A stretch of DNA of 64,000 nt from Candidatus Bathyarchaeota archaeon (GCA_963702095.1 OY969706.1:384001-448000), one strand, 5' to 3'; positions 27,947 through 37,847 are shown, counted from the stretch's first letter. Notes: a model not told the origin generated them from the sequence alone. Numbers and translations: made by a program.

Positions 27947-27948
27947 CT

Positions 27949-28197
27949 TCAAAGGACTTCATCTGACGGCTGCTTAATCCACACTTTAACTTTATCCTGC
28001 ACTTTAATCCGCCCCTCTGTCTGCATCAGCTTCACCTGTTCCTCGACGAATCTGTCGTCGCTTTTGTGGAACTCTCGGCATATGGCGTCTTCTAGTTTAG
28101 GGATGTTTATGTGTTCTAGGGAGCCAACAATGCCCCAGAAATGGCGCTGAATGTTATCCCTTTTTTCCTGTGCCTCTGAACCTGACTTTTTAGTCAT
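27949..28197 (-). CDS. Hypothetical protein (possible winged helix)
   Basis: 82-aa ORF coupled to an upstream small ORF. Confidence 0.65.
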   Translation of the reverse strand: MTKKSGSEAQEKRDNIQRHFWGIVGSLEHINIPKLEDAICREFHKSDDRFVEEQVKLMQTEGRIKVQDKVKVWIKQPSDEVL

Positions 28198-28203
28198 TTC
28201 CTA

Positions 28204-28323
28204 TTACCTTGCGCAGTAGGGTAACTCGTTTTTTGCCTTATGGTAGTTTACGCATTCTTGGCAGTCGCCGTGGTGGGGGCAATCCTTTTTTGGGCAGGGA
28301 CAATTCGGAGCAGTAACTGGCAT
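28204..28323 (-). CDS. Small six-Cys protein (39 aa, DUF6485-like), below the ORF-track cutoff
   Basis: MPVTAPNCPCPKKDCPHHGDCQECVNYHKAKNELPYCAR*. Confidence 0.75.
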   Translation of the reverse strand: MPVTAPNCPCPKKDCPHHGDCQECVNYHKAKNELPYCAR

Positions 28324-28396
28324 ATGATCAGTGAAATCAGCAAACAATATAATAGTTCCTTTCTAGGAGAATAACAGAAGCAGACTTACCCGATGG

Positions 28397-29209
28397 TTGG
28401 GGGCAGACGCTTTGGCAGGCATCGTTAATTCACTCAAGAAACTTGTAGCTTCTCTGGTTTTCATCATAATCCTCGCTGGGGTAACTTTTGCTGTCTTCGA
28501 AGTTTTCGTAGCGGCCCCCACAAACCTTTCTTCAACTTTAGAAGTATTGTCTAGTTTAACGATAGTCTTCATCTTTGCTGCAGTCACATTCTACCTTTTG
28601 GGACGTACCAAAAAACTCTTAACACCCCATATTGGCGTCCAAGCCGCCACTGTTGCCCAAGCCTTATTGCTTGTATTGGCAGCTACCGTTACAGGATTCG
28701 TCGTCTTAGGCATATTCAGCGTTACTCCCGCGGCATTACTGACCAGCGCCGGTATAATCACCATAACCGTCGGCTTAATCATCTCCACTTTCGTCGGCGG
28801 CATACTCTCAGGCGCATTAGTTTTTACAACGCATAAGCTTAAGATAGATGACTCAGTAATGGTGAACAATGTGCCCGGCAAAGTCTCTGACATGACCGCC
28901 CTCGTTACTCGTATCCGAACCGATGTTGGGCAGATTACTATTCCTAACAGTGCCATAGCCTCGGGAGGAGTTATCATAACGGCAGTACTTCCACAGGAGC
29001 CGGGGCTGGCGTCAAGGCTGCCCTATGTGTTAGGTGACAGAGTATTAACCTCTTTCCGAAATGAAGAGGGCGTTGTCAAAGAGTTAACTCCCCTCAGCAC
29101 CACGGTGTTGCTGGATTCAGGCAAAGAGATAACCTTCCTAAACAATACTGTTCTCATGGGTTTGACAGCCATTGCAAAAATCGCGCAGGTTAAACCGCCG
29201 AACCAATAG
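28397..29209 (+). CDS. MscS-family protein with two beta (Sm-like) domains
   Basis: TM region, then IDDSV...GKV...T.I.T...IPNS and a second LGDRV...GVV...T.V...FLNN. Confidence 0.75.
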   Translation: MGADALAGIVNSLKKLVASLVFIIILAGVTFAVFEVFVAAPTNLSSTLEVLSSLTIVFIFAAVTFYLLGRTKKLLTPHIGVQAATVAQALLLVLAATVTGFVVLGIFSVTPAALLTSAGIITITVGLIISTFVGGILSGALVFTTHKLKIDDSVMVNNVPGKVSDMTALVTRIRTDVGQITIPNSAIASGGVIITAVLPQEPGLASRLPYVLGDRVLTSFRNEEGVVKELTPLSTTVLLDSGKEITFLNNTVLMGLTAIAKIAQVKPPNQ

Positions 29210-29252
29210 CAGTTGGTATCTCAGAGGAATTTTTCACTTATAGTCTTGTGTG

Positions 29253-30812
29253 TTAAGAAAGTTCTTCGTCTTTATCTTCTGTCTTTTCCTCTTCCTCGTC
29301 CTCATCTTCTTCTTGTCTGTCCTCTTTCTGCTCTTTTTCTTGTCGCGCAGCCATCTGCTCGATTTTAGCCACTACCGAACGATGATTGTTGTTCCTGAGG
29401 CGTTTCTCTCTGGTTCTTGAAAGCGCAACTAAGAAAACCATGATTTCAACACGGCCAAGCAGCATCAACAGCATGAACAGCCACTTCAGCTCTAAAGGCA
29501 AGGTTGGACCCACCACACCCGCGCTTAACCCGGTTGTGGCTATAGCTGAGGTGCAGTCGAAAATCGCGTTTATGGGTTTGTAGCCGTAGTAGCTGACGAT
29601 GAATGAAGAAACAAAGACTGCGATGGCTGTTAAGAAAATCATGGTGGCGGCTTGCACGACTTCTGAGTAAGTGTAGTTTTTGCTGAGAAGCCGGACTTTG
29701 CTGTTTTTGGTGTCTTTGCCTATGATTGTGAAACTGACGGTTTTAGGAATGCTTTTGATTAAAAGCAGGAAGCGGTAGATTTTGATGCCGCCTGCCGTGG
29801 AGAAACTTGCTCCGCCGATAAACATGAGCAGTACCAAGAATAGTTTGAGGGAATCGTTTAAGCTGGAGATGGCGGTGTAGCTGAATCCGCTGGTGGACAT
29901 GGCGCTTATCACTTGGAAGCCCGCGTCGTATGAGGGGTACTTAAAGAAGAAAATCAAAAGCCCCGTTGATACAGCGGCAAGTATCAGAAACACAGTGGTT
30001 TCTGAGTTAAGGAATTCTTTGAATTTGCGCTTATACAATGTAGCTAAAACCAAAAAGTTGGATGCGCCGAAAATCATGCAGAATGGAACAATGAAGTTGA
30101 GGGGTGGCTGGGTGATGAGCGGCGTTAAATCGTTAACGGGCGAGAAACCGCCGGTGCTCATTGCAGAGAGGACTATGGCGCCTAAATCGATTAAGTTATG
30201 GAAGCCAAAGCCGTAGCCTATAACCACCATGACTGCGGTGACTATGCAGTAAATACCGATGATAAAGAGGAAAGTGGTTTTGATTTTATGGTTGTTTTTG
30301 GTGAGTCCCATGCTTTTGGCGAATTCACGCAGTTTAGCTTCGGGGTAGAAGAACGCCAGCAACACCACCACTACACCCATGCCGCCGATGAACTGTGTCA
30401 GCGACCTATACAGTATGATTGATTGGGGCAGGGCGGTTAAATCTGGTATGACGGAGAAGCCTGTGGTTGTGAATCCTGATACTGATTCGAAAATGCTGTC
30501 GGTGATGTGCTGGTAAATGTTGCCGCTGGATATGCCGATGTAGAGGTATGGGATTGAGCCTATGACGCTTAAGAGTATGAAAACCAGCACGATTAAGGCG
30601 CAGGACTGTTTAAACGTCATTACTTTTCTTTCGCAGAGCGAGTTAGTTAGAAAGCCCAGGACAAGAAAGGCGGTGGCAGTTATGAATAGGGCTAAGGTTG
30701 CGTCTGTTTCTCCTAAAATGAAGGATGCCACTATAGGAAGTAAGATGAAGACGCCTGAGATTTGGAGAACAAACCCCATGTTAGCAAGCAGAACAGCTAT
30801 AGAGGACTTCAT
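29253..30812 (-). CDS. trkH: Trk-type K+ transporter membrane subunit
   Basis: Four pore loops (SGFTTTG, SAMSTGG, SAMSTSG, SAIATTG), GGIKIYR and LGRVE motifs. Confidence 0.93.
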   Translation of the reverse strand: MKSSIAVLLANMGFVLQISGVFILLPIVASFILGETDATLALFITATAFLVLGFLTNSLCERKVMTFKQSCALIVLVFILLSVIGSIPYLYIGISSGNIYQHITDSIFESVSGFTTTGFSVIPDLTALPQSIILYRSLTQFIGGMGVVVVLLAFFYPEAKLREFAKSMGLTKNNHKIKTTFLFIIGIYCIVTAVMVVIGYGFGFHNLIDLGAIVLSAMSTGGFSPVNDLTPLITQPPLNFIVPFCMIFGASNFLVLATLYKRKFKEFLNSETTVFLILAAVSTGLLIFFFKYPSYDAGFQVISAMSTSGFSYTAISSLNDSLKLFLVLLMFIGGASFSTAGGIKIYRFLLLIKSIPKTVSFTIIGKDTKNSKVRLLSKNYTYSEVVQAATMIFLTAIAVFVSSFIVSYYGYKPINAIFDCTSAIATTGLSAGVVGPTLPLELKWLFMLLMLLGRVEIMVFLVALSRTREKRLRNNNHRSVVAKIEQMAARQEKEQKEDRQEEDEDEEEEKTEDKDEELS

Positions 30813-30920
30813 TTAGCTTATCATAATTTTCAATAGGCTTTTAATTTCTTTCCTATCTTCGGGTTGATCTTTGTCCAATTATGGTAGTGTAAACTAGTAA
30901 TTAGTTCAGGATTGGAAATA

Positions 30921-31322
30921 TCATTTTGCCACTTGTAAATTAGCCGTTGACATATGTAGGCTATATCCGATGCAGGAATCGGTAACACGCTGAATGTCGT
31001 GCTGAGGCTGGCTATGTTTTTGCTTGTCTTCGCATTTTTTCTCCGGCTCAAACCTGTAGACCAAATAAATGCCCAACGCATAGATGCCAATCGAAAAAAT
31101 CCCTATCGCAAATATGCCTGCAGCAAAAAATCCCACGGCAAAGGTGCCAGCCGCAAAAATTCCCACCGAAAACTGCCCAGCCGCGAGGTATCCGAGGGCG
31201 AAGTTGGATCCACTTAAAAGGGGAAACCAATCTATCGAGGTAAACCCTGCCAAGTAGAGCCCTAAAGCGATAAGCAGAAGTACAACTGGCACTACAGCAG
31301 ACACCACAGAATACTTTGCCAA
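30921..31322 (-). CDS. Membrane protein with tandem G-x-F/Y-A/S-hydrophobic pentapeptides
   Basis: GYLAA GQFSV GIFAA GTFAV GFFAA GIFAI GIFSI GIYAL GIYLV. Confidence 0.7.
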   Translation of the reverse strand: MAKYSVVSAVVPVVLLLIALGLYLAGFTSIDWFPLLSGSNFALGYLAAGQFSVGIFAAGTFAVGFFAAGIFAIGIFSIGIYALGIYLVYRFEPEKKCEDKQKHSQPQHDIQRVTDSCIGYSLHMSTANLQVAK

Positions 31323-31407
31323 AACAAACCTCTCTACTGAAAGGGAATCAGCGTTTGCCTTTTAATGTATGTGACTCAAGCAAGACAGCAACAAAAAGAA
31401 AAAAGGG

Positions 31408-33399
31408 TTAGGCGAACAGCGACAGCAGTCGGAACGCCAATCCTCCCACAAGGAGGGCGACGCCTATGTTTGCGGCGGTTATGACTGCGGTTGCTTTCCA
31501 CCCGAACTCTTTGCCTAAAATAGTCATTGTGGATACGCAGGGTATGTAGAGCATTGCAACCAATGCCATCACAACCAACTGTATAGGGGTGAAGCCGACC
31601 AGCAGGTCTGTGGTGCCGAGGATGACTACTGCGCCAAGGATTATGAGTTCCTTTCGGATGGTGCCCAAGATGAGCAGCACCCCCGCGAAGAGGGGTAACC
31701 CAAGCCACCACACCGTCAACGGAGCCAAAGCGTTGCCGATTGGGGTTAGTATGTTGTAGGCAAATAGGACTTGAATGATTGCGCTGCCTATGGTGTAGAT
31801 TGGGAACACTATGTAGATGAGTGATTTGGTTCTTGCCCAAGTCTGCTTTAGCACCACCTTCATCGAGGGCCACTTAAAGCTACTCATCTCCATGATTAAA
31901 CCGGTGGATTTGCCGGGAACCGCTTTCATGGCGACCCTGCCCAATACAAAGATCAGTATGATATCGACTACGTAGAGGAGAAGTGCCCACTGGACGCCAA
32001 CGAATAAGCCTACCATGCCGAAGAGAACGATGGTTCGGGCGGAGCAGGGTGCAAAGGTGATGGCGAATGCGGCTAGGAGTCGTTCGCGGCGGGTTTCCAT
32101 GATTTTGCAGCTGTGAATCGCTGGCACACTACAGCCGTACCCCAAAATGATGGGAATGAGGGCTTTACCGTGCAGGCCCATTTTGTGCATGGCGCTGTCC
32201 ATCATGAAGGCGACGCGGGTTAAGATGCCTGAATCCTCCACTACGGCCAGTAGCAGGTAGAATGGTATGACGAAGGGGATGATTAGCGTTAAGCCTGCAG
32301 CGATTCCGCTCCAGACACCGTTTAAAACGATGTAGAATAGCGGCAGGGAACTTGTCAGTGCAGGATCCACAGGGTTAATGGCGTTCAAACCGTCTGAAAT
32401 TACTGTGGATAACCCGTTGCCGACAAAGAACGTCCACAACAACAAACCTAATATGACGCCAGCGGAGGTGAAGTAGCCGAGTATGTGGTGAGTTGTTAAC
32501 CATTCCAGTTTATCCGAGAAAGTGGTCCAGATTTCGCTCTGCTGCAATGCCGACGCGGCGACCAGACTTGCCAATGCATAACGTTCTGAGGCGATGACGG
32601 AGAAGCAGGGTTCTTGGCAACTGCTCTGGAGTTCGGCGGCGATGGTTTTTGCCGCTACCGCTACCTTTGGGGATTTTGCAGCGACGGTTTTGGTGATTTC
32701 GCTGTCGCCTTCTAGTAGCTTAATCGCCAGCCACCGGGCAGGGTACTGCAACCCAAGGTTTTCCTCATCAATCATGTGCTCGAGTTTTTCGATTTTGTCT
32801 TCGAGTTCTTTTCTGTATTTGAGTTGTTTTGGTTTAGGTTTGTGGGTAGCGACTTCGACGGCTTCTTTTACGGCTTCATAGATGCCTTCGCCTCGGGTGG
32901 CAGTAGCGAAAACCACGGGCACCCCCAGCGTTTGCTCCAACTTGTCTTTGTCGATTATGATGCCTTTGCTTTTGGCAACGTCAACTTGGTTGAGGCAGAG
33001 CACCAGCGGCGCATTCATCTCCAGCAACTGCAAGGTGAAAAACAGGTTACGCTCCAACACGGAAGCGTCGACGACGTTGATGACTGCGTCGGGTTTTTCG
33101 AGGGAGATGTAGTCTCTGGAAACCAACTCTTCCATTGAGAAGGTGGAGAACGAGTAGATGCCTGGTAGGTCGATGACTTTGATTTCGTGGCCTTCAAAGG
33201 TTAATGTGCCTTCGGCGCGGTCGACGGTTTTGCCTGGCCAGTTGCCGATTATCTGGTTGGAGCCGGTAAGCTGGTTGAATATGACACTTTTGCCTACGTT
33301 GGCGTTGCCCGCCAATGCGAAGGTTAAGTGTTTGCCGTTGGAGGCTTTGCTGCTCAATACTTTACCGTGATTATTAGTGAAAATTTTGTTACTTCGCAT
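31408..33399 (-). CDS. feoB: Ferrous iron transporter B
   Basis: GNANVGKS, NWPGKTV, DLPGIYS, GYGCSVPA, PCSAR and YIPC motifs. Confidence 0.97.
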   Translation of the reverse strand: MRSNKIFTNNHGKVLSSKASNGKHLTFALAGNANVGKSVIFNQLTGSNQIIGNWPGKTVDRAEGTLTFEGHEIKVIDLPGIYSFSTFSMEELVSRDYISLEKPDAVINVVDASVLERNLFFTLQLLEMNAPLVLCLNQVDVAKSKGIIIDKDKLEQTLGVPVVFATATRGEGIYEAVKEAVEVATHKPKPKQLKYRKELEDKIEKLEHMIDEENLGLQYPARWLAIKLLEGDSEITKTVAAKSPKVAVAAKTIAAELQSSCQEPCFSVIASERYALASLVAASALQQSEIWTTFSDKLEWLTTHHILGYFTSAGVILGLLLWTFFVGNGLSTVISDGLNAINPVDPALTSSLPLFYIVLNGVWSGIAAGLTLIIPFVIPFYLLLAVVEDSGILTRVAFMMDSAMHKMGLHGKALIPIILGYGCSVPAIHSCKIMETRRERLLAAFAITFAPCSARTIVLFGMVGLFVGVQWALLLYVVDIILIFVLGRVAMKAVPGKSTGLIMEMSSFKWPSMKVVLKQTWARTKSLIYIVFPIYTIGSAIIQVLFAYNILTPIGNALAPLTVWWLGLPLFAGVLLILGTIRKELIILGAVVILGTTDLLVGFTPIQLVVMALVAMLYIPCVSTMTILGKEFGWKATAVITAANIGVALLVGGLAFRLLSLFA

Positions 33400-33410
33400 A
33401 GTTACCCCCC

Positions 33411-34142
33411 TTAATTGGCTGCTACTGCCTCTTTCTCAACTTCCACAAACACGTTACAAGCGATGTCTCGCCCAATGGCTAATTTGGAGCCGCGGACCAA
33501 CACTTCGACGGGTCCATTCATCGGCGCAACTTTAACCACTTTAATTTTGGTGCCCGGAGTCAAACCCATGTCCAGCAGGCGCTGGAGCACTTTGTGTTCG
33601 CCTCGGATGAAGCTGATTTTGCCGTATTTGCCGCCTTTGAGCTCTTGGATTGGCGTTAGGTTTTCGTGGCGTTTGCCGACTTCTTCGAGTCCCTGTGCGT
33701 GGAGTTTGATGCATTCTTCGCAGGTGGAGAAGGGTAGGTCGCAGGCGGGGATGGTTTTGCCGTCGTCGCTGCAGGTGTCGGGGTGTTTTAGGAAGCGGCA
33801 GAGGGATTCTTCGGCTTCGTCGGAGAGGGCGTGTTCCATTGCGCAGGCTTGTACGTGGACTTTGTCTTTGCCGATGTGTAGTATGTCGGTTAGGAAGGTT
33901 TCTAGTAGGCGGTGTTTGCGGGTGACTTTTTGTGCTTCTTTTAGGCCTTTTTCTGTGAGGGTGCTTCCGTGGTAGGGTGAGTATTTGATGTAGCCTTCTT
34001 CGGAGAGTTTTTTGAGCATTTCGGTGACGCTTGCTGGGGCTACGTCTAGCTTTTGGGAGATCTGGGTTGTGCTGACGAGGTCTCCGTTTCTTCTTAGCCC
34101 GTATACGGCTTTGAGGTAGTCCTGTGTTGATTTTTGTTCCAT
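33411..34142 (-). CDS. DtxR/MntR-family metal-dependent repressor with C-terminal FeoA domain
   Basis: QDYLKAVY, SVTEMLKKL, RKHRLLE, ACAMEH and RLLDMGLTPG motifs. Confidence 0.95.
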   Translation of the reverse strand: MEQKSTQDYLKAVYGLRRNGDLVSTTQISQKLDVAPASVTEMLKKLSEEGYIKYSPYHGSTLTEKGLKEAQKVTRKHRLLETFLTDILHIGKDKVHVQACAMEHALSDEAEESLCRFLKHPDTCSDDGKTIPACDLPFSTCEECIKLHAQGLEEVGKRHENLTPIQELKGGKYGKISFIRGEHKVLQRLLDMGLTPGTKIKVVKVAPMNGPVEVLVRGSKLAIGRDIACNVFVEVEKEAVAAN

Positions 34143-34161
34143 GGGTCCTCATGTCCCGAAT

Positions 34162-34218
34162 TTTAGGTACACCTAAACCTTGGCAACCAGCCATATAAAG
34201 TTTTAGGCACACCTAAAA
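34162..34218. promoter_or_regulatory. Two DtxR-family operator palindromes flanking a TATA box
   Basis: TTTAGGTacACCTAAA (34162-34177) and TTTTAGGcacaCCTAAAA (34201-34218); minus-strand TATA CTTTATAT at 34193-34200. Confidence 0.85.
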
Positions 34219-34267
34219 AATAAAGCCCGTTCTAAATGTAATACGATGGAAATAAAAACGGAGTTTA

Positions 34268-35740
34268 CTAACTGCCGTTCCAGTAGAAAACCTCCGAATA
34301 TTTACCCTCAACAGGAAAAGCCGGATCCTCATACACTATATCGAGCTTTGAGCCATAAGTTGAAAGCTTATCCTGCAGCACAGACCAAATCTGCTGCGAA
34401 GTAGCGTTGGCACCCCAAATCCCCCATATTTTGTCCGTTGGATTACGCATGCCCCAGCCAAAGTCTCTGGGCAGAACCAACACCGCATCAGCGCCATTGC
34501 TTCCCACAGAGGGGTTCTCCACCACATCATGCCAAAAATGCTCCAGCGCCGAGAAGTGCTCATCCTGCAATGTGCCATAGGGCGCGCTCATGTCCTTGGC
34601 GTAATTGAAGATGATGACGTATTTTGCGCCCGCCTCGTAGGAAGCCTTCATCTGGCCATACATTTCGTCGCCGCCCGGCAGGTACGGCGCCTGCATGTAC
34701 TTCCAAGTTACGGTTGTACCCCAACTCTTGTTCTGCAAGTTAGCGGCTCCACGCACCAAGGCGATTTCTTGGTTGATGCTGTTGTTCCAACCCAACTGCG
34801 CGAGCATCATGTCGTAGCCCAGCTTGTAATCCCACCAGTACAGCGCGTAGTCGGAGGTGAATATGGGAAAGGGTCTACTGCTAAGGTTCCAGTAGCTGCT
34901 GAACTCGTCTAAGGGTCTGCCGGTTTTGTTCATGAAGAGATCAGCGGCTACACCTACGTTGGGTATGGGGTTGTGGCTTTGCACCTGCCGGTAGGTTTCT
35001 TCCTGTGCGATGCGGTCAGTGCCGTTTTGGGATGTGTGGAAGGTTTGAGAAACATATTGCGTACTTCTATCCGACTCAAGGGAGTTAATGCATTTATTAA
35101 CTCTGTCCGATACGGTTACTGAACCGTCAGAGTAGTAGTAAATATCAGAAAATAGAATGCAGTAGTCGGAGCCATCTTGAGGTATTTCGGTCACGTTCGC
35201 TTTAGAGTAATGGATTGTGCCATTAGGATGAAAAAAGTAATAATTAGAATTCCCGGCTTGTATGGTGCCGTCTGACATTTTATTTACAGTACTACCATTG
35301 GCGGTTAACAAGGTTAGTTGGGTGTCGAGCATTTTTCCGCCGGGCTCATCAGCGTAGTAGACGCCGCCAAACATATCTCCCCACCGCTGCGTCGCGTTGA
35401 CCATCCACTGGGCCCATTCTGGAATCTGCGAAGTATCATAGTAGACGGCGTAGTGCAGTCCCTTGGAGATGGCGTAGTCGCCAATTTCGGTGATGGTGGC
35501 GCTATTAGCGCTATTAGCCATAAACGGTCCCGATTGGACGACGAACAGATTAGTGTAATTCGCTACTTTGTCGACGAGGAGTTTTGCGTCGTCTGTTGAG
35601 TCTCCACAGTAGGTGACGCCCACGTAGAACTCCTGGGGTTTGTTGATTGGCTGTGTGTTGCTTGTTAACACGACCGCAGCCACTGAAGCTAATACAAGAA
35701 CTGAAATGATGGCTACAACAGCGATTATCATTTTTTTCAT
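34268..35740 (-). CDS. Secreted hypothetical protein (possible glycosidase-like TIM barrel)
   Basis: Signal anchor; YYADEPGG, FTSDYALYWWDY and RGAA motifs. Confidence 0.8.
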   Translation of the reverse strand: MKKMIIAVVAIISVLVLASVAAVVLTSNTQPINKPQEFYVGVTYCGDSTDDAKLLVDKVANYTNLFVVQSGPFMANSANSATITEIGDYAISKGLHYAVYYDTSQIPEWAQWMVNATQRWGDMFGGVYYADEPGGKMLDTQLTLLTANGSTVNKMSDGTIQAGNSNYYFFHPNGTIHYSKANVTEIPQDGSDYCILFSDIYYYSDGSVTVSDRVNKCINSLESDRSTQYVSQTFHTSQNGTDRIAQEETYRQVQSHNPIPNVGVAADLFMNKTGRPLDEFSSYWNLSSRPFPIFTSDYALYWWDYKLGYDMMLAQLGWNNSINQEIALVRGAANLQNKSWGTTVTWKYMQAPYLPGGDEMYGQMKASYEAGAKYVIIFNYAKDMSAPYGTLQDEHFSALEHFWHDVVENPSVGSNGADAVLVLPRDFGWGMRNPTDKIWGIWGANATSQQIWSVLQDKLSTYGSKLDIVYEDPAFPVEGKYSEVFYWNGS

Positions 35741-36139
35741 TTTTCGGTCGCTCCACTTAGCTGAGTGGCTAAGTTATCTTTCCTTATGTAGTTTACTCAA
35801 AAACAGCCTCTGATTCCAGAGGCGGTCGGAAATGCTTCAGTTCTGCTTGTAGATTACGCCACAACCAGCCTGCAATCTGCTCCAACGCCTGAACCAAAAC
35901 AGCAATCAGCACCCAAGCCCGCTGGTAGTTGTTGTGTATAGGCGACTTTTCACTGCAACTAACAATAGAAAAACCGCCAGCCAAACCCTTAAGCTGCCCT
36001 TTGCAGCCCAACAAGTTCCCGGCACCATTTTTTGGGCGGCTTTCATGCTATCTCTCAATCTACTAACATAGTTTTGCTTCCAGTAACGGCTAAATACAAC
36101 AAACCCCAATCCGTTGATAACTTTGCGAAGGAAAAAAGC

Positions 36140-37477
36140 ATGACCGACCTGCCTCACATAGTCACCAACTTAATTGAAGCATCCAAAAAACACGAGCAAT
36201 ACCGCGACAAAGAATGCATAAACATGATCGCCAGCGAAGGCATCAAATCCCCCGCCGTCTGTCAAATGCTCGACATGAGCCACGACCTCGCCACCCGATA
36301 CGCAGAAGGCGACAATGACAGTGTGGGGCATGTTAAGAAGCGGTATTACCAAGGGCAAAAGTACATGTCTCAAATCGAGGACCTCGCATGCGACGCAGTG
36401 AAAAGCCTCTTTGGCGCAGCTTGGGCGGATGTTCGCTTGATTTCAGGCACCCATGCCAACACGGCGACCTTCAAAGGCTTATCGGCGGCGTCAAAAAACA
36501 ACAAAATGGTCGTCACACCACTTAGCTGTGGTGCACACATAAGCCACGACTACACAGGCTTAGCCGGCAGCATCCTTGGCATCGACAACATCAACCACGT
36601 CTACGACATAGACGAATTCAACATAGACCCCGACAAATCAGCCATCGTTATCCGCGCCGCCAAACCCGGCATCGTCACCTTCGGCGGCAGCCTATTCCTC
36701 TTCCCACACCCCATAAAAGAGCTCAAAGCAGTCTGTGACGAAGTAGGCGCATACGTCGCATACGACGCAGCCCACGTCTTAGGCTTGATCGCAGGCGACC
36801 AATTCCAAGACCCCCTCCGCGAAGGCGCAGACTTCATCACCTCTTCAACCCACAAGACTTTTCCGGGTCCACAGGGCGGCGTAGTCATGGGCAACCCCGA
36901 CACACCCGCCAAAGAGAAAGCGGTCCGAAAAATCCAGCATGCCATCTTTCCATTAACTGCATCGAGCACCCACCTTGGCAGACTGCCCGCTTTGGGTATA
37001 GCCTGCTTGGAAATGAAGGTGTTCGGCAGAGACTTAGCGGCTCAAATCGTTAAAAACGCTCAAACCGCGGGGCAGTACCTCTGTGAAAACGGCGTAAAAG
37101 TCCTGGCGGAAAAGAAGGGTTTCACACGCAGCCACCAGATCGCGTTGGATGTTCGGGGCTTCGGCGGCGGCAACAAGATCGCTCAGGATCTTGAAGACGC
37201 CAACATCATCCTCAACAAAAACCTCTTGCCCTATGATGACCAGGCAAGCAAAGAAGACCCCTCAGGCTTACGCGTAGGCTTCCAAGACATCACCAGACGG
37301 GGCTTCGGTGAAGGCGACGTTAAACACCTCTGCGACTTGATGCTTGACGTAATCAAGGGTAAACGGAAACCCGCGGAAGTCAAGGTTGATGTGCTTGCGT
37401 TTAAGAAGGAGTTCTGCGGCGTCAAATACTGCTTCCAAACCGTTGAAGATGCCTTCCGCTACTCCAAAAACCTGTAG
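36140..37477 (+). CDS. glyA: Serine hydroxymethyltransferase
   Basis: MIASE, RYAEG, YYQG, DAAHVLGLIAG and STHKTFPGPQGG (PLP lysine). ATG 36140 after AAGGA. Confidence 0.96.
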   Translation: MTDLPHIVTNLIEASKKHEQYRDKECINMIASEGIKSPAVCQMLDMSHDLATRYAEGDNDSVGHVKKRYYQGQKYMSQIEDLACDAVKSLFGAAWADVRLISGTHANTATFKGLSAASKNNKMVVTPLSCGAHISHDYTGLAGSILGIDNINHVYDIDEFNIDPDKSAIVIRAAKPGIVTFGGSLFLFPHPIKELKAVCDEVGAYVAYDAAHVLGLIAGDQFQDPLREGADFITSSTHKTFPGPQGGVVMGNPDTPAKEKAVRKIQHAIFPLTASSTHLGRLPALGIACLEMKVFGRDLAAQIVKNAQTAGQYLCENGVKVLAEKKGFTRSHQIALDVRGFGGGNKIAQDLEDANIILNKNLLPYDDQASKEDPSGLRVGFQDITRRGFGEGDVKHLCDLMLDVIKGKRKPAEVKVDVLAFKKEFCGVKYCFQTVEDAFRYSKNL

Positions 37478-37559
37478 CCCCTTTTTTATTGGGGTTTTTC
37501 CCTTTACTTCTGTAAAGATTAATTAACTTATAGTTCACTTTTTATGAGTTTGAATTGTC

Positions 37560-37847
37560 ATGACGCTAGACTTGCTTTCGCTGATGTTCTTCGTCGTCGC
37601 CATCGGAGCCGCAATAATCCTTATGCTCCTGCCAAGGTACGGTCCACACTACACTTCACGGCTCACCTGTCCAAACTGCAAAAAAACCTTCAACTTCCAC
37701 TACATACCAGGAGCCACCATAACCTCGATTATCCAACGCAACTACCGCACGCTCAAATGTCCATACTGCCACAGAAAAACCACCTACGACATCGCCGCCA
37801 CAAGAATCCGCACTGCCCGACCTCAGAAACCTAAGGTGAAAGCATAG
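37560..37847 (+). CDS. Membrane-anchored zinc-ribbon protein
   Basis: N-terminal TM helix; CPNC and CPYC. Confidence 0.75.
   Translation: MTLDLLSLMFFVVAIGAAIILMLLPRYGPHYTSRLTCPNCKKTFNFHYIPGATITSIIQRNYRTLKCPYCHRKTTYDIAATRIRTARPQKPKVKA

Noticed and set aside
35793-36157. Short minus-strand ORFs and the 36-aa N-terminal extension of glyA
   Set aside because: No motifs; ATG 36140 has an RBS and gives a normal SHMT length.
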